NCBI RefSeq assembly: GCF_963921235.1 | Contig: NC_086097.1 | Span: forward strand, 102,426,001 to 102,490,000 | Origin: Mobula hypostoma | Lineage: Eukaryota | Length of the DNA stretch: 64,000 nucleotides | Reading direction: 5' to 3' | In this document: positions 1 through 11,622 of the stretch, one piece after another | Layout of the letters: the number at the start of each line of letters is the position of its first letter | Position numbering within the stretch: the stretch's first letter is position 1 | The notes under the pieces: generated by a model | The model's database searches: none | Told to the model about the DNA's origin: nothing | Seen by the model: the letters and a program-made list of their open reading frames with translations, nothing else | Position numbers and translations under genes: made by a program

Positions 1-1525
1 ACGCATGCCCCAAGTAGCCAAGCTCCTCCCACGGAACTGCATTCTAGCCAGCATTGCTTAAACACGTGCCTCTGAGCATCTGTGCTTTAAGTCGATTTAC
101 CTTGAGCATCCGTTTGCAAGGTGAGTTCTAAGGTATCGGAAAAGCCTGAAAGAGCTCGTAAGGGTGTTACACTTAGCATAAAACTAGATATAATTAAGCA
201 TTTTGATTGTGGTGAACGAAGTAAGGACAAAGTGAGTTTGGCTTGAGGAAGTTGACGAAGATGATGTTGAAGAGGTTCTGACATCCCATGACCAAGAACT
301 GATAGATGAAGAGCTGATGCAATTGGAAGAGGAAAGGATAACAATTGAAACCGAATGCAGTAGCGAACGGACCGAAAGTGAAGTCATCCAGGAACTGAAC
401 GTGAAGCAACTGCATGAGATTTTCGCTGCAATGATTGCAGAAAAGTACGACTTTAATTTTGAAAGGGTACATAGGTTTAGGGGATATTTGCAGGATGGTT
501 TGAGTGCTTACAAAGAACTGTATGACAGAAAAATGCGCAAGGCTAAGCAGTCAAGCATACTGTCGTTTTTCAAGCCTTCCTCATCAGCCACAGCAGACGA
601 CGAACCTCGACCATCGACATCAAGGCAGGCAGACATAGAAGACAATGATCTACCTGCCCTGATGGAAACAGACGACGATGAGATGACACCCCAGTGTCCC
701 ACCACCCCAACCCCCAGGCCGCGGAGAATGCAGCGGTAGCCGGGAGGCACCTAGCACATCTTTAAGGAAAAAAGCCAAAATAAACAAGCTAATTAATTAC
801 ATGCCGCCCGGCACGTAAATGTCAGCCCAGATCAGAGGCGATTGCCGATTGCGTTGGCTCTGATCTGGCCCGACATTTATGTGCTGGGTGGCACGTAATT
901 AACTAGCTTGTTTATTTCGGCTTTTTTCCTTAAAGATGTGCTGGGTGCGTCCTGGCTACTGCTGCACTACTGCATTCTTCGTGGATCGGTATCGGTTGAC
1001 GGCCTGGAGGTTGGGGACCACTGCACCACCCCAACCTCCGACGACTCAGCCTAACACACCATCATCAGTGTGCTTGGCGCTGTCTTCCCAATTCCGGTAA
1101 GTGATACTACACTGTACATACATTATTTCTACTATATATAGGCTGGGTATTTTTATGTGTTATTTGGTATGATTTGGCAACTTCATAGCTTAAAGGTTAC
1201 TGGAGAGCACTTGCGCCGTGTTTCTGCCGAGAGCGCCTGCGTGAGATTTTCACTACGGTGGACAGTGCAGCAATGATTGTAGAAAAGTATTTCTACTTTA
1301 TATAGGCCGTGTATGTATCATATCATTCCTGCTTTTACTATATGTTACTGTTATTTTAGGTGTTATATGTTATTTGGCATGATTTGGTAGGTTTTTTTTG
1401 GGTCTGCGAACATTCACAAAATTTTCCCATATAAATAAATGGTAATTGCTTCTTCACTTTACGACATTCCGGCTTACGAACCATTTCATAGGAACGCTCT
1501 ACCTTCGGAAGGCGGGGGAAACCTG
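1..1525 (+). mobile_element. Tigger/pogo DNA transposon, 3' part (degenerate transposase C-terminus)
   Basis: ORF 317-739 resembles a Tigger1-type C-terminus (acidic, YKELY..K..KQSSILSFFK); ends ...GGGGGAAACCTG followed by TA. Confidence 0.75.
705..1016. repeat. Imperfect palindrome (~310 bp) inside the Tigger element
   Basis: agcacatctttaag...ataaacaagcta pairs with tagcttgtttat...cttaaagatgtgct; cagatcagag pairs with ctctgatctg; centre near 845. Confidence 0.85.
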
Positions 1526-1689
1526 TATATTGTTTTCACAAGTGGAGGATTAATCTGTGTTTGACTTGCTAAAAGAAACATTGAGAAGCTGTCCCTCCCT
1601 TCTGGAATTGCTTAATGCACGTGGTCACTTTAATGTGTCATTCTGCATTAGCTCTACCAGATTAAAATAACTTTCTAATTTACAAGATC

Positions 1690-2400
1690 AACTGGCTGAA
1701 GAATGGCAGATGAAGCTTGATTCAGATAAATGTGAGGTATTACACTGTGATATGACAAAGCAGATAAATGGTAGGGCCCTGGAGAGTGCTGCGCAGCAGA
1801 GGTGTGCAGGTATGAAGATAGTGGCAGCACAGTTGGACAGGTTGGTGAAGGCATTTAACAGCTTTCCTTTGTTGGTTAGACTATTGAATACAGGAGTTAG
1901 GATTTCATGTTACAGCTATGCAAGGTATTGGTAAGCCACATCTGGAGAACTATGTACAGTTCTTGTCATCTTGTAATAGGAATGATATCATCAAACTTCA
2001 AAGGTACAAAACTGATTTATGAGGATATTACTGGGACAAGAGGGTTTACGTTATAAAGTGAGACCGAGTAGGCTAGGACCAGTGTCCCTGAAGCATAGGA
2101 TGCTGAAGGATGACCTCATGCAGAGGTGGTTACAAAATCATGATGGGCATAGATAAGGTGAATAGCCACAGTCCTTTCCTCAAGGCAGGGGAGTTCAAAG
2201 CTAGAGGGCACAAGATAACTGAGGAGTAATCTTCTCACGCAGAAGGTGGTGTATGTATGGAAGGAGCTGACAGAGGAAGTGGTAGAGTACAATTATGACA
2301 GTTAAAAAGACATTTGGGCTGGTATATGAATAGGAAAAGTTTAACTGACCAGTTGGGCACGAGGGTTTGTTTCTGTGCTGGATAATTCTATGACTTAATG
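1690..2400 (+). mobile_element. CR1 LINE 3' fragment (old)
   Basis: Decayed WQM.F..DKCEV.H and HLE.C.QF-type RT C-terminal motifs plus CR1 3' UTR. Confidence 0.75.
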
Positions 2401-2459
2401 TTTGATTTGATTGGCCTTGAATGCTGGCAATATCTGAATTCACAACTTCCTGCCAATTA

Positions 2460-4290
2460 TAAAACTATAGCACAGTGCAGGCCATTCGGCCCATGACATG
2501 CCAATCTTTTAATTTACTTTAAGATCAATCCAACTCCTTCTTTCCACTTAGTTCTCCATTTTTCTTTCTTACAAGTGTCTATTTAAGTGTTTCTTAAATG
2601 CCCTGAACGTATCGGCCTCTACCATCATCCCTGGCAGAGCATTCCAAACACTCACCACTCTGTGTAAAGAGAAACTAATATCTCCCCTATACTTTCCTCC
2701 AACTACCTCAAAATTGTGCCCCCTAGTACTAGCCATTTCCACTCTTTGAAAAAGTCTCTGGCTATCCACTCCAGTTATGCCTATCATCTTGTACATTCCA
2801 GTCAAGTTAACTCTCATTCTCCTTCACTCCAAAGAAAAAAGCCCTAGCTCACTCAACCCATCCTCGTAAAACATGCTCTCTAATCCAAGCAGCATCCTGG
2901 TAGGTTTCTTCTACACCCTCTCTAAAGTTTCTACTCCCTTCCTATAATGAGGTGACCAGAACTGACTAGCCCAAGTATGGTCTAACTAGGGCTTTATGGA
3001 ACCACATTATCTCATGGCTCTTGAACTCAGTCCCCTGACTAATGAAGGCCAACACACCTTATCAACTTGCCCATAACTTTGAGAGATCTATGGATGCAGA
3101 CTCCAAGTTTCCTCTGCTCCTCCACACTGCTAAAATCATGCCATTAAGCCTTTATTCTGCCTTCAGTATTGACCTTTCAAAGTGAATCACTTCAAACTTC
3201 TTCGGCTTGAACTTCATCTGCCACTTCTCAGTCCAGTTCTGCACCTGTCAATGTCCCATTGCAACCTACAACAACCTTTTACACTACCCACACCACCAAC
3301 CTTTGTGTCAACTGCAAATTTATTAACCCACCCTTCCACTTCTTCATCCAAGTCATTTATAAAATTCACAAAGGTCAGTGGTCTCAGAACAGATCCCTGT
3401 AGAAAACCACCGGTCACCGACTTCCAAGGAGAATACACTGCAACTTTACCACTCTCTGCCACAAGGCCAAGTTTCCCTGGACCCAACGACTCCTGACTTT
3501 CTGAATGAGCCTACCATGAGGAACCTGGTTGAATGCCATTTAAAATCCATACACATGTTTACTGCTCTACCTTCAATCTGTTTTGTTATATTTTCAAAAA
3601 ATTCAATCAGGCTCATAACGCATGACCTGTCCCTCACAGCCTATTCATAACCAGACATGCTTCTCATAAATCCTGTCTATAAGAATTCTCTCAGAGTTTC
3701 CCCTCTCACTGGTCTATAATTCCCAGGGTTATCCTTGCTCCCTTTTTTGAACAAAGGAATAACATTTACCTTCCCCTAATAATCTGATACCATTACTGTG
3801 GCCAGTGAGAACATAAAGAGCATCACCAATTGTGCAGTGATCTCTTCCATCACTCCAAGCAGTAATCTGGGGTATATCCCTTCCAGCCACAGGAACTTAT
3901 CTATTCTACTGTTTTTCAAAAGTTCCAGCACAACCACTTTCTTAACATTGACATGTTCCACATCAGCCCACTTTACAAATGTTTACATCCTCTCACTGGT
4001 AAATACAAAAGCAAAGTCTTCATTCAGGATGTCTCCTAGCTTCTCCGACTCCAGGCCAACATTTCCTCTTCTATCCATGATCATTCCTACTATCACTCTA
4101 GTCATTTTCCTGTTCTTCACTTTGGCATTTTCCTTAATCCTACTTGCCAAAGTCTTCTTATGGCTCCTTCAAGCTCTCCTAAGTCCATTCTTCAGCTCCT
4201 TCATGGCTACCTTGTAATTTTCTAAAGCTCTATCTGATTCTTGCTTCCTAAACCTTAATCGTCCTCTTCCTAAATCTTTCTTCCTCTTTA
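2460..4290 (-). mobile_element. CR1 LINE fragment (RT region and 3' end)
   Basis: Minus-strand ORF pieces QGSVLRPL..FINDLDEEVEGWVNKFAVDTK, LIEFFE, GIYPRLL. Confidence 0.85.
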
Positions 4291-5186
4291 CGGTGTTATC
4301 ACAGAGCTACAATACAACCAATAAAGTGAAACTAAGTGGACATTTCTTTCAAAGATCTGAACAGGTACAATAGGCCAAATTGTCTCTTAATGCCATATGA
4401 TTTTGTTTCTTCCTTTTTTTGCCAGTACTCTCTAGGCCTCAGAAGTTATTGATCTTTACTGCAACAATCATTAGAATGAGGGAAGAAGAAGAATGTTTAA
4501 TTCTGAACTTGTACTACACAAGCATTTATATTTATCAGTACCCAAACTGTCAACTCTACATTATGCCAAAATGTCAAAGTTAAACACATCCACACTAAGA
4601 ACTACCAGAATGAAGAACATCTATTTATTCAGGTGGGTGTGGGGTGTGGTAGGAAATGCCTGTTTCTCCTGCACAAAAGTGACACTGTCACACTGTCCCA
4701 CATACTTTGTGTGGGTCCATTCAGTGTTTGTTAGCCTGTTGTTGGATGTATTCCTGTGTCGTGGCCTGCATTTAATTATACAGTTAATAGAAATCACTGC
4801 AAAGCAAACCAGATATATAGCACTTTAAACCATTTGAATGATGACTCTGTCGAAATCCTGCCCTCCTATTGAATGCAAATTTAGATTTTCTCTCTGAAAA
4901 TGCCGACATAGCTGTTACATTCCCAGTTAAAATGTAAAACACTTTCCACTTAAAATGTAAGACAAAATTTAAGAACTAGCTTGTATTCCCTGGAGTACAA
5001 AAGATTGGGGAATAATGTAATTGAGATGATAATCAAAGCAGCTAACATTTCAGGTGATAAGAAACTATTTCTCCTGGTAAGTAAATCTAGAACAGGAGGG
5101 CATCAAACCAACATTAAAACAAAGCAACACACATCAAAGTTGCTGGCGAACGCAGCAGGCCAAGCAGCATCTATAGGAAGAGGCGC

Positions 5187-5222
5187 AGTCGACGTTTCAG
5201 GCCGAGACCCTTCGTCAGGACT
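5187..5222 (-). ncRNA. Minimal type I hammerhead ribozyme of the Penelope pseudo-LTR
   Basis: AGUC-CUGACGA-AGG(GUCUCGG)CCU-GAAA-C-GUC-GACU; palindromic ACGU stem III as known for Penelope minimal hammerheads. Confidence 0.8.
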
Positions 5223-6334
5223 AACTGAAGGAAGAGTGAGTAAGGGATTTGAAAGCTGGAGGGGGAGGGGGAGATGCAAAATGATAGGAGAAGACAGGAG
5301 GGGGAGGGATGGAGCCGAGAGCTGGACAGGTGATAGGCAGAAGGGGATACGAGAGGATCATGGGACAGGAGGTCCGGGAAGAAAGACGGGGGGGGGGGTG
5401 ACCCAGAGGATGGGCAAGAGGTATATTCAGAGGGACAGAGGGAGAAAAAGGAGAGTGAGAGAAAGAATGTGTGCATTAAAAAGAGTAACAGATGGGTTAC
5501 GAGGGGGAGGTGGGGCCTAGCGGAAGTTAGAGAAGTCAATGTTCATGCCATCAGGTTGGAGGCTACCCATACGGAATATAAGGTGTTGTTCCTCCAACCT
5601 GAGTGTGGCTTCATCTTTACAGTAGAGGAGGCCGTGGATAGACATGTCAGAATGGGAATGGGATGTGGAATTAAAATGTGTGGCCACTGGGAGATCCTGC
5701 TTTCTCTGGCGGACAGAGCGTAGATGTTCAGCAAAGCGGTCTCCCAGTCTGCGTCGGGTCTCACCAATATATAAAAGGCCACATCGGGAGCACCGGACGC
5801 AGTATATCACCCCAGTCGACTCACAGGTGAAGTGATGCCTCACCTGGAAGGACTGTTTGGGGCCCTGAATGGTGGTAAGGGAGGAAGTGTAAGGGCATGT
5901 GTAGCACTTGTTCCGCTTACCACGGCCTCCTCTACTGTAAAGATGAAGCCACACTCAGGTTGGAGGAACAACACCTTATATTCCGTATGGGTAGCCTCCA
6001 ACCTGATGGCATGAACATTGACTTCTCTAACTTCCGCTAGGCCCCACCTCCCCCTCGTACCCCATCTGTTACTCTTTTTAATGCACACATTCTTTCTCTC
6101 ACTCTCCTTTTTCTCCCTCTGTCCCTCTGAATATACCTCTTGCCCATCCTCTGGGTCACCCCCCCCCCCGTCTTTCTTCCCGGACCTCCTGTCCCATGAT
6201 CCTCTCGTATCCCCTTCTGCCTATCACCTGTCCAGCTCTCGGCTCCATCCCTCCCCCTCCTGTCTTCTCCTATCATTTTGCATCTCCCCCTCCCCCTCCA
6301 GCTTTCAAATCCCTTACTCACTCTTCCTTCAGTT

Positions 6335-6370
6335 AGTCCTGACGAAGGGTCTCGGCCTGAAACGTCGACT
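6335..6370 (+). ncRNA. Minimal type I hammerhead ribozyme of the Penelope pseudo-LTR (mirror copy)
   Basis: agtc CTGACGA agg gtctcgg cct GAAA c GTC gact; predicted cleavage after 6366. Confidence 0.8.
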
Positions 6371-6714
6371 GCGCCTCTTCCTATAGATGCTGCTTGGCCT
6401 GCTGCGTTCGCCAGCAACTTTGATGTGTGTTGCTTGAATTTCCAGCATCTGCAGAATTCCTGTTGTTTGCGATTAAAACAAAGCATGTGACTTCATGGAG
6501 AAACCTTTAAACAAAACACAATTGTTGTTAAAAGTAAAAAATGTCAGTATTATGTTTGATTGATTTACATTAGGTCTGATATTAAGGATTATGGAACTCG
6601 GACAGGTACAGATCAACAATGATCTATTGAATGGTGACAGTGATTCAAAAGCAAATCTTCTCAGTATTCCAAAACCAATCAAGTGAAATTTAAAAAGAAA
6701 CAGCAAGTCCTTAC

Positions 6715-6839
6715 CTCATGATTCGCCGTATTCCAGGAGATGCCGAGATGATTGTGGAAGTAGTATAATGGCTAAACCAAATGGTTTGATTACTGTGGAC
6801 TGCTTCAGAAGCTAGCTTTGATAATTCAGCCATCTTGTT
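6715..6839 (-). CDS. TMEM62: TMEM62 coding exon 6 (gene continues beyond window start)
   Basis: ttcacag|AAC...ATGAG|gtaag; 125 nt; NKMAELSKLASEAVHSNQTIWFSHYTTSTIISASPGIRRIM. Confidence 0.93.
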
Positions 6840-7469
6840 CTGTGAAGAACATATACTTCTAACATTATAATTTGCTAAGCTCCTAATCAGATACACTTTC
6901 CAGCTACATGACTTCTCATCCTAACCTTTTAGAGCAGACTATATCCCTAAACAGGAATTTGCAAGACATAGCTGACTGAGTAAAGCTCAGAAGCTTCGTT
7001 TATCCCTGCACTGCAGTGATATGTGCTTCAGCTTGCAAGCTGGTGCCCACACAGCAAAGAGGAGGAACATACACTTGTAGCTGACAATTGCCCAAAAGGA
7101 CTGCATCTGGTGTATGATTGCAGCTGTACAGTCACTGATAAAATACCGAGAAATGCATGAGCCAATACTTGCACAGCAAAGTTCAAGAAAAAACAATAAG
7201 ATCATTGTGTTTCCAGTATCCAAAGAATAAATGTTGATTCCAACTAAATAAACTCTTTGCTTCTGTTTGATTCCCACCCTTCAAGCATGCACATTTGGCT
7301 GGGAGGAATGAGGGTTTTTTCCTTAAGAAATACAATTCCTTCAATAGTAAAACACTGCAAAAGAATTGGCAGTCTCAATTATATCCTTAAGTCATTTGGG
7401 ACTTGAACATAGCACATTTCAGTTTAATCAATCTCACTTAAACAGACAAATTCATCTTTGCAATATTAA

Positions 7470-7610
7470 TGATTTTGAGAGCTTGCTGTGTCAAATTTCA
7501 CACTTTCCCATGTTACAACAGGGACTACACTTCACAATGCTTCACTGGCTGTGAAGCACTTTGGGATGTTTAAAACTGTGGACGATACTAAATTAAAATT
7601 TTTTTTTACT
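7470..7610 (+). mobile_element. Old Deu-domain SINE remnant (SacSINE1-like 3' part)
   Basis: ttacaacagggactacacttca...ttcactggctgtgaagcactttggga resembles the DeuSINE 3' region (from recall). Confidence 0.55.
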
Positions 7611-7944
7611 GCATTCAATGTATGTTGTTCTATTTATTCCTTCCTCATAATAAACAGGCTATTTTCATCATTAGTAGAATATTATTGTCAATTGCTGTAA
7701 ATATACCAAGGGATGGATCAACATGTGAGGTAAGCAGGCCTACCACATCAAACTGGGAAACTCCAGGTCAGGCTCAATAGGAGTGCCTGCGCCTGCGATG
7801 TAATGTAAGGTTTACAATGACAGATATGTTCCGGATCTCTGAACTGCTGAAACGCAGCGGTTTGTACCCAGAAATATTAAGGAATGGTGGTGAGTTAAAG
7901 ATACTGATGAAGAGTAGTCATTGGATATGAAAGTAGTTACAAAG

Positions 7945-8185
7945 ATGCAGAGAAATTACTTTAGTGAGAGGGTGGTAAATCTGTGGAATTTGTTGCCACG
8001 AGCGGCTGTGGAGGTGAAGTCATTGGGTGCATTTAAGGCAGAGATAGATAGGTTCTTGATTAGCCAGGATATCAAAGGGTATGGGGAGAAGGCAGGTGAG
8101 TTGGGATGACTGGAAGAACTGGATCAGCCATGATTGAACGGCGGAGCTGACTCGATGGGTCGAATGGCCTGCTTTTGCTACTATA
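7945..8185 (+). mobile_element. CR1 LINE 3' end
   Basis: RNYFSERVVNLWNLLP...FKAEIDRFL..IKGYGEKAG plus 3' UTR. Confidence 0.85.
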
Positions 8186-8422
8186 TTTTAAAGAACTTCG
8201 AAGGCCAGCTGAAAGAACAAATGCACTTCCATATATCTTCCTGGATCATTACCATCTTACTTGGGTACACTGGGTCAGTTATCGCCGACTGATACTCTAA
8301 AGAATGCGAGGTACAACACAGCTTCCAGTGAAGCTGTCTGAGAATTTGAAGTCAAGTTTCAAAATCAGAGGTTCCTACAGTCCTACCCAGAAGCTATACA
8401 GTTGCATTTTGGTTTAACTTTT

Positions 8423-8640
8423 GGTCGGCTGGTGGCGCACTGAGATCAGCACCGGGCTTAAGAACGGAGGTTCCCGAGTTCGATCCAGTGACAGACTGCT
8501 CCCGAGCGCACTCTCCATCTGTGCCAGGTTGATACCCAGCTCGCAACTTGACCTCGTAAAAAAAAAAACACTGCCACCTCCAGTTTAAATTCCCACACGG
8601 AATATTGTGGAGGATCAAATACATAAATACCCAAACCCAA
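8423..8640 (+). mobile_element. tRNA-derived SINE
   Basis: A-box-like GGTGGCGCACTGAG, B-box GAGTTCGATCC, CpG-retaining body, internal A-tract. Confidence 0.6.
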
Positions 8641-8802
8641 CTCTCGGCAGAACAAAGTTGAGCACTTTTCTGGGTGTCTGAGCACTCTTTAGGAAATTTG
8701 CCTCCTGATCTTTCAGTGGAAGTGCTTGCTTTCCAACATAAAACTCCCCACTTTGCCCTGACCCAATTTCACCCATATACTGTATATCCACATGTTTCTC
8801 AC

Positions 8803-8944
8803 CTGATTCAACAACCCAAAGAAATTGAATGGTCTTTTGGGGCCAGGGCTTGGAGTGGCATCGGCACAGATGAAGGAGTAATTTCCGAAATGAGTCTGGT
8901 ATACATAATGGAAGGAACCTTCCCTTTTAAATGCTGAATATTTC
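8803..8944 (-). CDS. TMEM62: TMEM62 coding exon 5
   Basis: ccacag|G...AATCAG|gtgag; 142 nt; KYSAFKREGSFHYVYQTHFGNYSFICADATPSPGPKRPFNFFGLLNQ. Confidence 0.95.
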
Positions 8945-9275
8945 CTGTGGAAAGGACAGTATAAAGCTGTTAGTTATGATATGTATCAATTACGTTTTTA
9001 TAAAGTCAGTCTCAGGGAGTTTATTTTAAGTCTTTATCCAAAATCATGCGTTAGTAATCATGAACTATATGAAACACTGCAACCCACACATTCATTACTG
9101 GTCCAATACAGTTCCTTCATTCAAAAAGAAAAAGAGAACCAAGCTAGGGACCACATAACTAATTAATTTCAGTAAGGCAAAAGGAAATGTAATGGATTTT
9201 CATATGCAAATTGAAGATACAAGTATACCAAAAAGGTAAAAATCTACAATATTTCTAGAACTCAAAGTACTACAA

Positions 9276-9321
<46 letters not shown>
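9276..9321. repeat. (AAT)n microsatellite, about 15 units
   Basis: Pure AAT tandem run. Confidence 0.95.
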
Positions 9322-10239
9322 GGGACGTACAATGTCAAGGGATAAGTAAACGGTGGTGAGCAGACTTGGAAATAATTGGTGTCACAAACAGAAAAAAGTG
9401 GAAATGGGGTTCCACAAAGATCAGTGCTAGGATTAGTGTTGTCCACCATTTATTTTAATGTTCAAAATTTGCAATATGATTTAGTTCATTCAGAGAAGGA
9501 CTGTGAAAAAGTACAGGAAGGTTCCTTTAAACAAAAAGAATGTGCATAATTTTCAACATTTTTGATAGGAGGAATAAAAAGGCCACAAACTTCTTATAAA
9601 ATGTGCCTAAATGAAAGAACTGAAACATTAAAGAGTCGAGATTCACAAGACACAAGTAATTAAAAATCTGCTTAACTCATTTCTAGAAGGATTGAAATGA
9701 AAAGAAGACATAAAAATTGTTCAATCTTATCCAGGTTTGGTCTTATTCATTTAATCTGAATAATTCTGGATTCTGTGTTATAGTCTTTAGTGAATGTACA
9801 GAAAAAAAATTACAGAAAATAAATCAGTGAATCATAGAAATTTACTGCATACACTGAAAATGTGTTGCACATGAGGAGTTACCCCATCCTCCAGCATCAC
9901 ATCTGCCACCAAATAATACTGGCAAATTACATTCGGAGATTGTGCTATTTCACCTCTTGTTTTATTTTAAGAACTTAAGAAGGGTCTTCCACTTTAAATA
10001 TTAACATTCTGCCTCTTTCCATAAGCAACAGACATGTTTAACAGCTGATTCTGAGGCACGGCCAGTATAATACAATGGGCTTAGAAAATTTATTTCACAA
10101 TGCTCTGAAATGGGCTGAACCGACAGTAGTGATGTGCCCAAACCCAACTTTCCAAAAGAAATTTCATAAGGGTTGAAGCATTTCTTCAATGAAAAACTTC
10201 CTCAATCTCATGGAAACTACATAATTTTGAAAGAGACCG

Positions 10240-11267
10240 TATAGGAAGACAGGGTGGTGAAGAAGGCATGCCATACTTGCCCTCATCAGCCAGTGAGTGG
10301 AATACAATTCTGCAGCTGTTCAGATGCTGGCAAGACCGCAGTTGGATTACTGTGTACAGTTCTGGCGTTCCAGCTACAGGCAGGATGTGATTAAACTGTA
10401 AAGAGTGTTAAAATGTTGCTGGGAGTGGATAGGTTGGGACTGAACTTGCAGGTAGAGTCAGTTGGTGAGAAAAATAAAATCATTTCAAGAGGTCTAGAAT
10501 ACAAGAGCAAGCATTTGACACTGAGGCTTTACAAGGCCCTGGTGAGGCCTCACCTTGAGTATTGCGAACAGTTTCAGCTCATCTAAGAAAAGATGTGCTG
10601 ATATTGGAGAGGATTCAGAGGAGGTTCACAAGGATGATTCCGGGAATGAAGGGGTTATCATATGAGGAACATTTGATAGCTCTGGGTCTGTACTCACGGG
10701 AATTAAGAAGGATGAGACGGTATCTCAATGAAACTTTTGAATGTTGAAAGGCCTAGACAAGGTAGATGAGGAAAGGATGTTTCCCCTCATGGGGTGTCTA
10801 GGACAAGAGGGCACAGCTTCAGGATAGAAGGGCATTCATTTAAAACAGAGATACGAAGAAATTTCTTTAGCCAGCGCGTGGTGAATTTGTGGCCACGGAC
10901 GGCTGTGGAGGCCAACTTGTTGGGTGTATTTAAGACAGAGCTTGATAGGTTCTTGATTAGACACAGCATCAAAGGTTACGCGGAGAAGGCTGGGGAGCGG
11001 GTCTGAGGAGAGGAAAAAGGGATCAGCCATGATTGAATGGTGGAGCAAACGATGGGCGAAATGGCATAATTTTGTATTATGGACTGTTTCCCCTGGAGTT
11101 TAGGAGGCTGAGGAGATGACATTATACAGGCTTTATAAATTATAGAATGATGAGGTGCCAGTCACTTTCCCTGAGTAAGGGGAGTCTGAAACTACAGGGC
11201 ACAAGTTCAGAGTAAGATGGGCACAATTTGAAGGGAACTTGAGGGGCAACCTCTCTCCACACAGAAG
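10240..11267 (+). mobile_element. Nested CR1 fragments (younger 3' end ~10440-11080 inside an older copy)
   Basis: RKDVLILERIQRRFTRMIPGMKGLSYEE and SRTRGHSFRI...RVVNLW; older CR1 sequence resumes after ~11083. Confidence 0.8.
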
Positions 11268-11622
11268 GTTCAAAGTTCAAAGTCAACTTATTATCAAAGT
11301 ACATATATGTCACCATATATAACCCTAAGATTCATTTTCTTGCAGGCATACTCCGCAAGTATAAGAAACACAATAGAATCATTGAAAGACCGTACCCAAG
11401 AGGACAAACAGCTAATGTACAAAAGACAACAAATTGTGCAAATTCAAAAAGAAATAATAATAATAATAATAAATAAATAAACAATAAATAGAGAACATGA
11501 AATGAAAAGTCCAAAGATTGTGGTAACAGCTCGATGATGGGATGAATGACGTTGAGTGAAGTTATCCTCTCTGGTTTAAGAGTCTGATGGCTGAGGGGTG
11601 ATAACTGTTCCTGAACCTGGTG
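11268..11622 (-). mobile_element. Rex1/Babar-type LINE 3' end
   Basis: Minus strand encodes TRFRNSYHPSAIRL, then 3' UTR and (TTTGAAC)n tail; same family as 49638-50070. Confidence 0.7.

Larger units (their letters stand above)
5122..6471. mobile_element. Young Penelope-like retroelement, 5'-truncated, with inverted pseudo-LTR arrangement
   Basis: GIY-YIG ORF 5517-5918 minus (VIYCVRCSRCGLLYIGETRRRLGDRFAEH...LQPDGMN); inverted arms 5122-5637 and 5920-6435; flanking direct repeat ATTAAAACAAAGCA at 5113-5126 and 6472-6485. Confidence 0.92.

Noticed and set aside
4690..4830. Possible TMEM62 exon 7 (expected AYLCGHLH motif)
   Set aside because: The minus strand reads AGTGCTATATATCTGG but gives no CGHLH or matching downstream sequence; exon 7 probably lies beyond the window start.
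5122..6435. Palindrome as an assembly fold-back artefact
   Set aside because: A 14-bp flanking duplication, a unique spacer, one arm mismatch and the known inverted pseudo-LTR habit of Penelope favour a real insertion; not excluded without reads.
4981..6486. Mirrored ORF pairs (179/149 aa, 122/122 aa) as duplicated genes
   Set aside because: They arise from the Penelope palindrome and its purine/pyrimidine-biased UTR.
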